Positions 1 to 6,495 of a stretch of 40,000 nt of DNA are shown in pieces. Numbering within the stretch: position 1 is the first letter of the stretch; each line of letters opens with the position of its first letter. This stretch comes from an uncultured Alphaproteobacteria bacterium. GTDB lineage: Bacteria > Pseudomonadota > Alphaproteobacteria > Rhizobiales > Methyloligellaceae. A model generated the notes under the pieces. It did no database searches and had not been told where the DNA came from. It saw nothing but the letters and a program-made list of their open reading frames with translations. The stretch is from assembly GCA_963791255.1 (NCBI GenBank), contig CAWBSA010000007.1:222020-262019 (forward strand), given 5' to 3'. A program made the translations under genes and the position numbers.

Positions 1-362
1 GTATAGTCGCTCTCCTGCCTGACCGCGCCGTCGATCGGCGCATAGAAGCTCGGCCAGCCGGTTCCTGAATCGAATTTGGTGTCGGAGAGGAACAGCGGCA
101 GGTCGCAGCCGGCGCAGGTGAAGGTGCCCTTGCGCTTCTCATGATTGAGCGGGCTGGTGAAGGCGCGCTCGGTGTCCTGCTCGCGCAGCACAGCGAATTG
201 CTCGGGCGAGAGCAGCTTCTGCCACTCCTCCTTGGTGTGATTGACCTCGAACGTCTCGGTCGCGGCGTTGGCGCGGCTCCGCCAGCGGCCGAACCCAATG
301 GCGGCGGCGCCGAGCGCGACCACGCCGGCAGCGCCGAGGGCAAACTCGCGTCGCGTAACCAT
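1..362 (-). CDS. msrB: Peptide-methionine (R)-S-oxide reductase MsrB with Tat-type signal; C-terminus runs off the window start
   Basis: Not in the ORF track because there is no stop in the window. Reverse-strand ATG at 362 is preceded by AAGGAG 5 nt upstream. Translation reads MVTRREFALGAAGVVALGAAAIG...GTFTCAGCDLPLFLSDTKFDSGTGWPSFYAPIDGAV. The CxxC plus GWPSF are MsrB hallmarks and TRREF resembles a twin-arginine motif. Confidence 0.85.
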   Translation of the reverse strand, partial: MVTRREFALGAAGVVALGAAAIGFGRWRSRANAATETFEVNHTKEEWQKLLSPEQFAVLREQDTERAFTSPLNHEKRKGTFTCAGCDLPLFLSDTKFDSGTGWPSFYAPIDGAVRQESDY

Positions 363-527
363 GATGTCTCCTTGATTATCTCCTGGACGATTTGCCTGGA
401 GATTTATGCACTCTCGCGCCGGCGGCAATTCAACTTGCGCGCACGGACGATCACGAGGTCGGGACTTGCGGGTGCCGTCCGCACGGGAAGTGGGAACTGT
501 CTCCGAAAATCGCTCAGCCGGATGCGC

Positions 528-1946
528 CTAGCCGCGCGAGGTGACCTGCGCCGCCGGGATGACGATCTCGCAGCGCACGCCCTTGGGTGGAAAGGACAAT
601 CTGACATCGCCCTCGAGCGCCTGACCGACCACGGTCTCGATCATGGCGCGGCCGAAGCCCGACCGCTCGGGCGGCGCGACCTTGGGCCCTCCCCGCTCCT
701 GCCAGATCAGCTTCAGCTTGGAGGCTTCCTCGCAGAATTGCCAATGGATGCGGATCTGGCCGCACGGCATCGACAGCGAGCCGTATTTCTGCGCGTTGGT
801 GGCGAGCTCGTGCAGGGCAAGCCCGAGATTCTGCACCGCCTCGGGCTTCAGCATCACGTCCTCGCCGTCGATGGCGATCTGGCCGCCGAAACGGTCGGCA
901 TGCGCGCCGAGTTGCTGCTCGACCAGCATGCGCAACGACGCGCCGTGCCAATCGTCGGCGATGAGAAGATCGTGCGAGCAGCCGATGGCGACCAGCCGCG
1001 CGCTGAAGCGATCGAGGAAGTCCTCGATCGTGCGGGTGCGCGATGCGGTCTGCCGGGCGATGGCATGGATCACTGCCAGCAAATTCTTGGAACGGTGGGT
1101 CAGCTCCCTGAGCAGAAGGCGGAGCTGGTCCTCGTTGGCCTTGCGCTCGCTGATGTCGACGGCGACCGAGGTCGTGCCGATGACCGCGTTCGCCTCGTCG
1201 CGCAGCGCCTCGACCAGGAGGTAGAAGGAGCGCCGGCGCCCAAGCAGCTCGAAATTGGTCTCGAGCTCCTGCGGCTCGCCGGTTTCCATCACCTTGCGCT
1301 TGGCCGCCATGATGGCGGTGGCGGCGCCGACGGGAAGCGCCTCGGCGTCGGTCTTGCCGAGCAGCATCTCGGCGGTAAGACCCTGGGGCGCGTTGTGCAC
1401 CCAGGTGAAGCGCAGGTCCTTGTCCTGGGTGAACACCGAGATGGGCGATCCGCGCAATGCGATCTCGAAGCGCTGCTTGGCCTCGGCGAGCTCCTTGGTG
1501 CGCGCATCGACCCGCTCCTCGAGCTGATGGCGAGCGGATTTCAGCTCATCGAAGGTGCGGAGATGCGCGGTGACCTCGGCTTGCAGACGGTCGCGCGAGG
1601 GAAGGCGCAAGAGATGCGGCGCGAGCCTCCAGATCACGATGGCGGTGGTGAGGGCGAGCAGCGCGGCTGCCGCCTTGAGCACGCCCTCCAAGCCGCTGAG
1701 CGGCGTCCATAGGCCGATGAACGAGGCGAGATGGGCGAGCCCGACGGCGGCGATGAACAGGATGAAGAGGGTGATGAGCGCCTGCTCGCGTGGATTGGTC
1801 TCCTTGCGTCGCCCGTAGAGATAGAGCAATGCCGCGGGGATGAGCAGAAGAGAGAGCGCAATGACGCCGTCCGACACAGCATGAAGCAAGAGCATGCCGG
1901 AGGCCGTGACGTCGGAATTAAGCGCAGTCGGCATAATTGTTTTCAA
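528..1946 (-). CDS. HWE/HisKA_2-family sensor histidine kinase (N-terminal membrane segments, PAS-like region, HWE kinase core); candidate GSR kinase
   Basis: 472-aa ORF. Hydrophobic N-terminus, then a coiled region and PAS-like segment, then the H-box HRSKNLLAVIHAIARQT typical of HWE kinases, and an ATPase region (ATNAQKYG). Lies in a phyR/nepR/ecfG neighbourhood. Confidence 0.85.
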   Translation of the reverse strand: MKTIMPTALNSDVTASGMLLLHAVSDGVIALSLLLIPAALLYLYGRRKETNPREQALITLFILFIAAVGLAHLASFIGLWTPLSGLEGVLKAAAALLALTTAIVIWRLAPHLLRLPSRDRLQAEVTAHLRTFDELKSARHQLEERVDARTKELAEAKQRFEIALRGSPISVFTQDKDLRFTWVHNAPQGLTAEMLLGKTDAEALPVGAATAIMAAKRKVMETGEPQELETNFELLGRRRSFYLLVEALRDEANAVIGTTSVAVDISERKANEDQLRLLLRELTHRSKNLLAVIHAIARQTASRTRTIEDFLDRFSARLVAIGCSHDLLIADDWHGASLRMLVEQQLGAHADRFGGQIAIDGEDVMLKPEAVQNLGLALHELATNAQKYGSLSMPCGQIRIHWQFCEEASKLKLIWQERGGPKVAPPERSGFGRAMIETVVGQALEGDVRLSFPPKGVRCEIVIPAAQVTSRG

Positions 1947-2096
1947 TCATCGGCGTGGCGAGCCCGCCGAAGCGCGGCCAGGATTTTCAGCTAAACCACG
2001 GAGACGGCTAATAGTTCAGGCACCCGTAAACTTCCCTGAGGTGAATTTGGGTGCGGCGGGGTTGATCCGCAAGCTCCGGGTCAAGGCCAAGCGGCG

Positions 2097-2122
2097 GGAA
2101 CCAATCCCCTGGAGGAGGGTTT
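2097..2122 (+). promoter_or_regulatory. Candidate EcfG-type promoter with an imperfect -10 (GGAAC-N16-GGTT, or N17-GTTT)
   Basis: GGAAC at 2097-2101 and GGTT at 2118-2121. No protein gene lies downstream on the + strand. Confidence 0.3.
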
Positions 2123-2127
2123 TGTTG

Positions 2128-2226
2128 GGGTTCGAGGGCATGCGAACCATCCTTTCTCGCCCCTCCCCAGCTGTCCTCGAAGCTTTGACGCCCGCAGCCG
2201 ACCCTCCCCCGGTTGCGGGCGTTTCC
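2128..2226 (+). ncRNA. Candidate ~100-nt small RNA with C-rich single-stranded and loop motifs (GsrN-like hypothesis)
   Basis: Hairpin GGTTCG/CGAACC (2129-2148). Unpaired CTCGCCCCTCCCCA (2156-2169). A 10-bp hairpin 2191-2200/2210-2219 (one G-U pair) with loop ACCCTCCCC, followed by CGTTTCC. Sits in a 357-bp gap without a coding-like frame. Confidence 0.25.
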
Positions 2227-2303
2227 ATGCGCGATGCAAACGGGGAGATCCGGCGCGGCGGCGCCGTGCGGCACCGTCACGTCTGGAGCGGATCGGTTGC
2301 CGG

Positions 2304-2471
2304 CTAGAGCAGCGCGGCGATCAGTGTGACGAGAAAGACGATGAAAAAGATGAAGAACAGGATGCGCGCGATGCCGGCGGCGGCAGAGGCGACGCCGCCA
2401 AAGCCGAACACGCCCGTCACTAGAGTGATTGCGGCGGCAATAATCGCAACAACGACCGCCCAGAAAGGCAT
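2304..2471 (-). CDS. DUF1328 / UPF0391 small membrane protein (55 aa)
   Basis: Below the ORF-track size cutoff. ATG at 2471 has AGGAA 6 nt upstream. Translation is MPFWAVVVAIIAAAITLVTGVFGFGGVASAAAGIARILFFIFFIVFLVTLIAALL, with two TM helices around a GFGG-type turn as in the YtjA/DUF1328 family. Confidence 0.75.
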   Translation of the reverse strand: MPFWAVVVAIIAAAITLVTGVFGFGGVASAAAGIARILFFIFFIVFLVTLIAALL

Positions 2472-2582
2472 GTCAATTTCCTAGTGCTTTGTGGTTCGGA
2501 CGCGGCGTAGCTCCGCCGCCTCCGGCTCGTTCCTGGCAAACGTGCGGTTGTCGCGATTTGTTCAGTCCCGTGATCATCCTCC

Positions 2583-2927
2583 TCAGAAATGGGCAACCGC
2601 GGCGAGGAGATCCTTGCCGGTGAAAGGCTTCTTCACCAAAGGCGCGCCCCGATGCGCGGCCGGAAGCTGCTCGCGGCCGTAACCGCTGACAAAGGCGAAC
2701 GGAATGCCGCGCTGCTTGAGTGCGTCCGCCACGCGGCTGACCGGCTCGCCAGCGATATTGGCGTCGAGCAGAGCGCCGTGCACCACCTCAAGCTCTATCG
2801 CTTGCAGCGCGTCGCTGACATTGGCGGCAGGCCCGATCACGGCGAGGCCCGCCTGCTCAAGCACACCGGCGATATCGAGCGCGATGAGGAACTCATCTTC
2901 GACGACGAGGATGCGCGTTGCTGCCAT
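2583..2927 (-). CDS. Single-domain response regulator (receiver only), FAT-GUY/SdrG-like
   Basis: 114 aa. Contains VVEDE, the phospho-acceptor context LLDANI, and the motif PFAFVSGYG matching the FAT-GUY signature described for GSR-associated single-domain regulators. Confidence 0.85.
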   Translation of the reverse strand: MAATRILVVEDEFLIALDIAGVLEQAGLAVIGPAANVSDALQAIELEVVHGALLDANIAGEPVSRVADALKQRGIPFAFVSGYGREQLPAAHRGAPLVKKPFTGKDLLAAVAHF

Positions 2928-3059
2928 CGCTGTTCCGCCTTTGGGTGGGCCGGCGCCGGCGCCGAACCGGTCATACTTATTTAGAGTTCATTTGATTTAG
3001 CGCTTCCGATCAAGCCCTCCTCGCACGACAAACGAGCGTTCAGCCCGCGCTCCTTAAGG

Positions 3060-3085
3060 GGAACCTGCCGGAAGCTCTGAACGTT
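3060..3085 (+). promoter_or_regulatory. EcfG-type GSR promoter upstream of csbD (GGAAC-N17-CGTT)
   Basis: GGAAC at 3060-3064, a 17-nt spacer, and CGTT at 3082-3085. Lies about 90 nt upstream of the csbD ATG. Confidence 0.7.
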
Positions 3086-3173
3086 GACGCAAGACCTGTG
3101 CACAGACCCCCCTGTGACCACAGTTGGAGGCCGCCCGCGCTAGTGGGAGCCGCAACATAGGAGTAAGATTTCC

Positions 3174-3371
3174 ATGAATTGGGATCGAATCGAAGGCAAC
3201 TGGAAGCAGTTCAGTGGCAAGGTCAAGCAGCAGTGGGGCAAGCTCACTGACGATGACCTGCAAGTCGTCGAGGGCCGCCGTGTCGAGTTGGTCGGCAAGA
3301 TCCAGGAGAGATACGGCATTGCCAGGGACGAGGCTGAGAAGCAGGTCGACAGCTGGATGCGCAATATGTAA
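3174..3371 (+). CDS. csbD: CsbD-family general stress protein
   Basis: 65 aa reading MNWDRIEGNWKQFSGKVKQQWGKLTDDDL...ERYGIARDEAEKQVDSW, the canonical CsbD pattern. AGGAG lies upstream. Confidence 0.9.
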   Translation: MNWDRIEGNWKQFSGKVKQQWGKLTDDDLQVVEGRRVELVGKIQERYGIARDEAEKQVDSWMRNM

Positions 3372-3494
3372 GCCAGACTTCGGTCCGCCGCGGCGGTCGC
3401 TCGATGCGGAGATCGCTTCGTATCGCCTCCGCCGCGGCGCGCCGGCTCAGCGCACCGGCATGCGTTACGCGTCACTCCAATCTTCCTTCAGTCG

Positions 3495-3524
3495 CGAGCG
3501 CCCCTGCGCTCGATCTTAGTTTTT
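3495..3524 (+). terminator. Possible intrinsic terminator after csbD
   Basis: CGAGCGC-CCCT-GCGCTCG hairpin (3495-3512) followed by ATCTTAGTTTTTA. Confidence 0.4.
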
Positions 3525-3624
3525 AGCGCAACGAGGCACTGGGACCAGTCCCGCATTTCCCTCTGCCCAACCCTTGGCTGGAGCGCATGCTTGGCTTGCG
3601 GCTCGCGGCCCCCGGAGAGGCAAC

Positions 3625-3780
3625 ATGCTTACGACCGTTCTCGTCATCATCCTGATCCTGGTCCTGCTCGGCGCATTCCCGTCCTGGCCTTATAGCCGCG
3701 GTTGGGGCTACGGTCCGTCAGGCGTGGTCGGGCTGATCCTCGTCATCCTTCTCATCCTGCTTCTGCTCGGCAAGATTTAG
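3625..3780 (+). CDS. DUF3309 small membrane protein, copy 1 (51 aa)
   Basis: ATG at 3625 follows GGAGAGG. Translation is MLTTVLVIILILVLLGAFPSWPYSRGWGYGPSGVVGLILVILLILLLLGKI. The longer track ORF from 3574 is probably an over-extension. Confidence 0.8.
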   Translation: MLTTVLVIILILVLLGAFPSWPYSRGWGYGPSGVVGLILVILLILLLLGKI

Positions 3781-3844
3781 CTTCGCGGCAAGCGAGCCAT
3801 GGGGCTCGCTCTCGCTGCCATTCGATCTCACAAAGAGGAGTAAC

Positions 3845-4000
3845 ATGCTGACGACAATTCTCATCGTCATCTTGATCTTGATTCTGCTTGGCGCTTTTCC
3901 GGCTTGGCCGCATAGCCGCGGCTGGGGCTACGGACCGTCAGGTGTGGTCGGCTTGATCCTCGTGATCCTGCTGATCCTGCTCCTGCTCGGCAAGATTTAG
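3845..4000 (+). CDS. DUF3309 small membrane protein, copy 2 (51 aa)
   Basis: Below the track cutoff. AAGAGGAG lies 4 nt before the ATG at 3845. Translation is MLTTILIVILILILLGAFPAWPHSRGWGYGPSGVVGLILVILLILLLLGKI. Confidence 0.8.
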   Translation: MLTTILIVILILILLGAFPAWPHSRGWGYGPSGVVGLILVILLILLLLGKI

Positions 4001-4013
4001 CCTCACTCCAAGC

Positions 4014-4043
4014 CGTCATACCCGGCCTGTGCCGGGTATGACG
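4014..4043. terminator. 13-bp stem hairpin between convergent DUF3309-2 and phyR (bidirectional terminator or REP-like)
   Basis: CGTCATACCCGGC-CTGT-GCCGGGTATGACG. Confidence 0.4.
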
Positions 4044-4067
4044 ATGCTTCGATGATTTCGCTTAGCG

Positions 4068-4877
4068 CTAAGCGGTCACCGCCGGGCGGTCGCGCAGATG
4101 CGCGCGGCGCTCGAAGAACAGCGCCTGGCTTACGATCGCCTTCACCGTGTCGGGCTGGTAGGGCTTGGTGATGAGGAAGGCCGGCTCGGGCCGCTCGCCG
4201 GTCAATAGCCGGTCGGGATAGGCGGTGATGAAGATCACCGGCACCTCGAAGGAACCGAGCATCTCGTTGACGGCGTCGAGACCTGAGCTGCCGTCGGCGA
4301 GCTGGATGTCGGCGAGCACCAGACCGGGCGTCGCCTTGCTCACCGCCTTGACCGCTTCGGAGTGCGTGCGGGCGATGCCGGTGACGCGGTGGCCAAGACC
4401 CTCGACGATGCTTTCGAGGTCCATAGCGATCATCGGCTCGTCCTCGATGATCAGCACGTCGGTCGCGACCTGAGCGGCGATCTCCCGTCCTGCCGCCTCG
4501 ATCAACTCGTCGATCTTGGCGGAGTCGACATTCAGGATCAGGGCCGCCTCCTCGCTCGAGAACCCTTCGACCGCGGACAGGAGGAACGCCTGCCGCGGCA
4601 GCGGGGTGATCTGCTCGAGCTTGCGGTCGAGCGCGCTTGCCGGCCCGGCGGGGCTGTCGGTCTTGAGATTGACGCCGACGGAGTTCCACAGGCCGAGAAA
4701 GGTCCGGTAGAGCGCGACCCGCGGATCGATGCTCTGATCGAACAGAGCCGGATCCTCGATCAGCACTTCGAGGGTTGCCGCGACGTAGGCGTCACCTGCA
4801 GCTTGCGTGCCGGCAAGGGCACGGGCAAAGCGCCGCAGATAAGGGATATGAGGGGCGATGGCCTTCGATATCGGCAT
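4068..4877 (-). CDS. phyR: PhyR anti-anti-sigma factor (sigma-like N-terminal domain plus C-terminal receiver)
   Basis: MPISKAIAPHIPYLRRFARAL... is the sigma-like domain, followed by receiver motifs (LIIEDEPMIAMD, LVLADIQL, ITKP). ATG at 4877 has GAAGGAAG upstream. The track ORF extends to 4913. Confidence 0.92.
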   Translation of the reverse strand: MPISKAIAPHIPYLRRFARALAGTQAAGDAYVAATLEVLIEDPALFDQSIDPRVALYRTFLGLWNSVGVNLKTDSPAGPASALDRKLEQITPLPRQAFLLSAVEGFSSEEAALILNVDSAKIDELIEAAGREIAAQVATDVLIIEDEPMIAMDLESIVEGLGHRVTGIARTHSEAVKAVSKATPGLVLADIQLADGSSGLDAVNEMLGSFEVPVIFITAYPDRLLTGERPEPAFLITKPYQPDTVKAIVSQALFFERRAHLRDRPAVTA

Positions 4878-4968
4878 CAGGCTTCCTTCGCTTGAATAGC
4901 CCAAGGGTCTCATTTCTCACAAACCCCGAGAGTGGTGGCAACCTAAAAACCGTTTTATAGCCGCGAAC

Positions 4969-4994
4969 AACGTTTCCAGACCCCGATGGGTTCC
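4969..4994 (-). promoter_or_regulatory. EcfG-type promoter of phyR (GGAAC-N17-CGTT on the minus strand)
   Basis: On the plus strand, AACG at 4969-4972 and GTTCC at 4990-4994, with 17 nt between them. Confidence 0.7.
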
Positions 4995-5002
4995 GTGGAC
5001 GT

Positions 5003-5027
5003 GGAACCGTTTGAGCTGTTAAGCGTT
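5003..5027 (+). promoter_or_regulatory. EcfG-type autoregulated promoter of nepR-ecfG (GGAAC-N16-CGTT)
   Basis: GGAAC at 5003-5007 and CGTT at 5024-5027. Its -35 lies 8 bp from the phyR -35 on the other strand. Confidence 0.75.
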
Positions 5028-5097
5028 TTTACCGCTCTTATGCCGTAGGAAATCCGCTATCTTCAGCGTACCCGAGAAGGGCGGATAGGGGACGGTC

Positions 5098-5373
5098 GTG
5101 GACAGCAGTCGGAACAAGAAGGACCGCCGGCGCAAGATGCCAGGCGTAAACAAGAAGATGGATCACTCAATCGAGAGCGGCGCCCCCGCCGATGGTCGCG
5201 TTGCGGCAGACGAAGCCGCGCTTGGGGCCGAGCTCGAAACCGGATTGTCTCCTAACCTGCAAGCGCATATCGGCCGTCACGTTCGTGCGGTGTTCGATGA
5301 GGTCGCGCGCGAACCGGTCCCCGATCACCTGCTGCGCCTCCTGAAAGATCTCGAGCGAAGCGGAGACAAATAG
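5098..5373 (+). CDS. nepR: NepR anti-sigma factor (start uncertain: GTG 5098, ATG 5137 or ATG 5158)
   Basis: The C-terminal motif HIGRHVRAVFDEVAREPVPDHLLRLLKDLE matches the NepR signature. Lies immediately upstream of the ECF sigma gene. Confidence 0.8.
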   Translation: MDSSRNKKDRRRKMPGVNKKMDHSIESGAPADGRVAADEAALGAELETGLSPNLQAHIGRHVRAVFDEVAREPVPDHLLRLLKDLERSGDK

Positions 5374-5374
5374 G

Positions 5375-5920
5375 TTGGGACGCAAAGTGTCTGCGAGCCT
5401 GCGAGACGCTCTCGTGGCCGAAATGGGCAATCTCCGAGCGTTCGGCGTGTCGCTGTGCGGCGACAAGGAGCGCGCCGACGATCTCGTGCAGGAGACGCTG
5501 TTCAAGGCGTGGAACCATCTCGACTCGTTCAAGGAAGGCACCAACCTCAAGGCGTGGCTGTTCACCATCCTGCGCAACACCTATTTCTCCGAGCGGCGGA
5601 AGCGGAAGCGCGAGGTCGAGGACGCCGACGGCAGCTATGCGGCGCGCCTCTCCACCCATCCTGAGCAGCACGGCCATATGGACATGCAGGACTTCCGCGC
5701 CGTGTTGGTGCGCCTGCCCGACGATCAGCGCGAGGCGCTGGTGTTGGTCGGCGCCGCCGGCTTCTCCTACGAGGAGGCCGCCGAGATTTGCGGCTGCGCC
5801 GTCGGCACCATCAAGAGCCGCGTCAACCGCGCGCGGAACCGCCTCGCCGACATGCTGGGGCTCGCCGAGGGCGAAGCCGGCGAGACCGGCGAAGATGTCG
5901 GCCTGACCAAGTCGGCCTGA
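5375..5920 (+). CDS. ecfG: ECF sigma factor EcfG (GSR sigma factor)
   Basis: Region 2 (DDLVQETLFKAWNHLDSF, WLFTILRN) and region 4 (FSYEEAAEICGCAVGTIKSRVNRAR). Sits 1 nt after the nepR stop. Alternative start is GTG 5387. Confidence 0.9.
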   Translation: MGRKVSASLRDALVAEMGNLRAFGVSLCGDKERADDLVQETLFKAWNHLDSFKEGTNLKAWLFTILRNTYFSERRKRKREVEDADGSYAARLSTHPEQHGHMDMQDFRAVLVRLPDDQREALVLVGAAGFSYEEAAEICGCAVGTIKSRVNRARNRLADMLGLAEGEAGETGEDVGLTKSA

Positions 5921-5929
5921 CCAAGTCGG
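5897..5929 (+). repeat. 14-bp direct tandem repeat (GTCGGCCTGACCAA x2, plus a partial third) spanning the ecfG stop codon
   Basis: Units at 5897-5910 and 5911-5924, then GTCGG at 5925-5929. The TGA stop (5918-5920) lies inside unit 2. Confidence 0.9.
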
Positions 5930-5989
5930 GCTAGCCCCCTTCCGCCCTTTTACCGATCGTTTGCGCGACCCAACTATTGTCATGGGCGC

Positions 5990-6014
5990 GAACGCTGCCC
6001 AGCTGTAAGCCGTT
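5990..6014 (+). promoter_or_regulatory. Possible EcfG-type promoter with an imperfect -35 (cGAAC-N17-CGTT)
   Basis: GAAC at 5990-5993 and CGTT at 6011-6014, 26 nt before the ATG at 6040. Confidence 0.35.
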
Positions 6015-6039
6015 ATTCTAGACTGAAGTGGAGCCAGAC

Positions 6040-6318
6040 ATGACAACCGCGACCGCAATTGATTTCGACAAGGCCAAGCTCGATCCGGCCTCGGTGTTTC
6101 ATGCGCCCAAGGATGTGCTGAACGCGCATGGCCTGTCGCCCGAGGACAAGAAGTCGATCCTCGTCCGCTGGCAGGATGACGCCGAGGCGCTGATGCGGGC
6201 GACCGGCGAAGGCATGCCGCCCGAAGGCAAGCTGAGCCCCGCAGAGCTTCTCCGCGCCGTGCACGAGGCCATGGAGACGCTCGACGGCAAGGCCAAGAAG
6301 AGCTGCTGTTGCGGCTAG
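6040..6318 (+). CDS. Hypothetical 92-aa protein ending in KKSCCCG
   Basis: ATG at 6040 follows GAAGTGGAG. Good GC3. No family recognised. The stop TAG (6316-6318) lies in the terminal CTAGAG of the adjacent repeat. Confidence 0.6.
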   Translation: MTTATAIDFDKAKLDPASVFHAPKDVLNAHGLSPEDKKSILVRWQDDAEALMRATGEGMPPEGKLSPAELLRAVHEAMETLDGKAKKSCCCG

Positions 6319-6420
6319 AGTACGGTCCGGAAAAGTGGGGACCGGTTTTTCAAAGAGATCGTGCTCAAACAAAGACCTAGAGCCAAGTCCATGATTCAAT
6401 CTCAAGGGATTTCGCTCTAG
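6315..6420. repeat. MITE-like ~105-bp interspersed repeat, copy A (terminal inverted CTAGAG...CTCTAG)
   Basis: Its reverse complement aligns by eye over its full length with 13425-13528, with most positions identical (not counted). Shared blocks include GAGCGAAATCCCTTGAG, TTTGTTTGAGC and CACTTTTCCGGA. Confidence 0.8.
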
Positions 6421-6438
6421 TGCCGACGCGATCGGCGC

Positions 6439-6464
6439 GGAACAGCGCCGCGCGCTCGCGCGTT
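6439..6464 (+). promoter_or_regulatory. EcfG-type promoter (GGAAC-N17-CGTT) upstream of a small membrane-protein gene
   Basis: GGAAC at 6439-6443 and CGTT at 6461-6464, 32 nt before the ATG at 6496. Confidence 0.65.
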
Positions 6465-6495
6465 TCCCAGGTCCGCACAAGGAAGGACGGACCCG

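Noticed and set aside
141-1712. 523-aa + strand ORF covering most of the kinase region
   Set aside because: It is antisense to a recognisable HWE histidine kinase. The translation is Arg/Gly/Ala/Leu-rich with no motifs, which is the typical shadow ORF of a GC-rich genome.
3574-4043. Possible CRISPR-like or tandem array from the repeated DUF3309 region and nearby hairpin
   Set aside because: The repeats are two protein-coding paralogues with SD sequences plus a single hairpin. There is no regular repeat-spacer periodicity.
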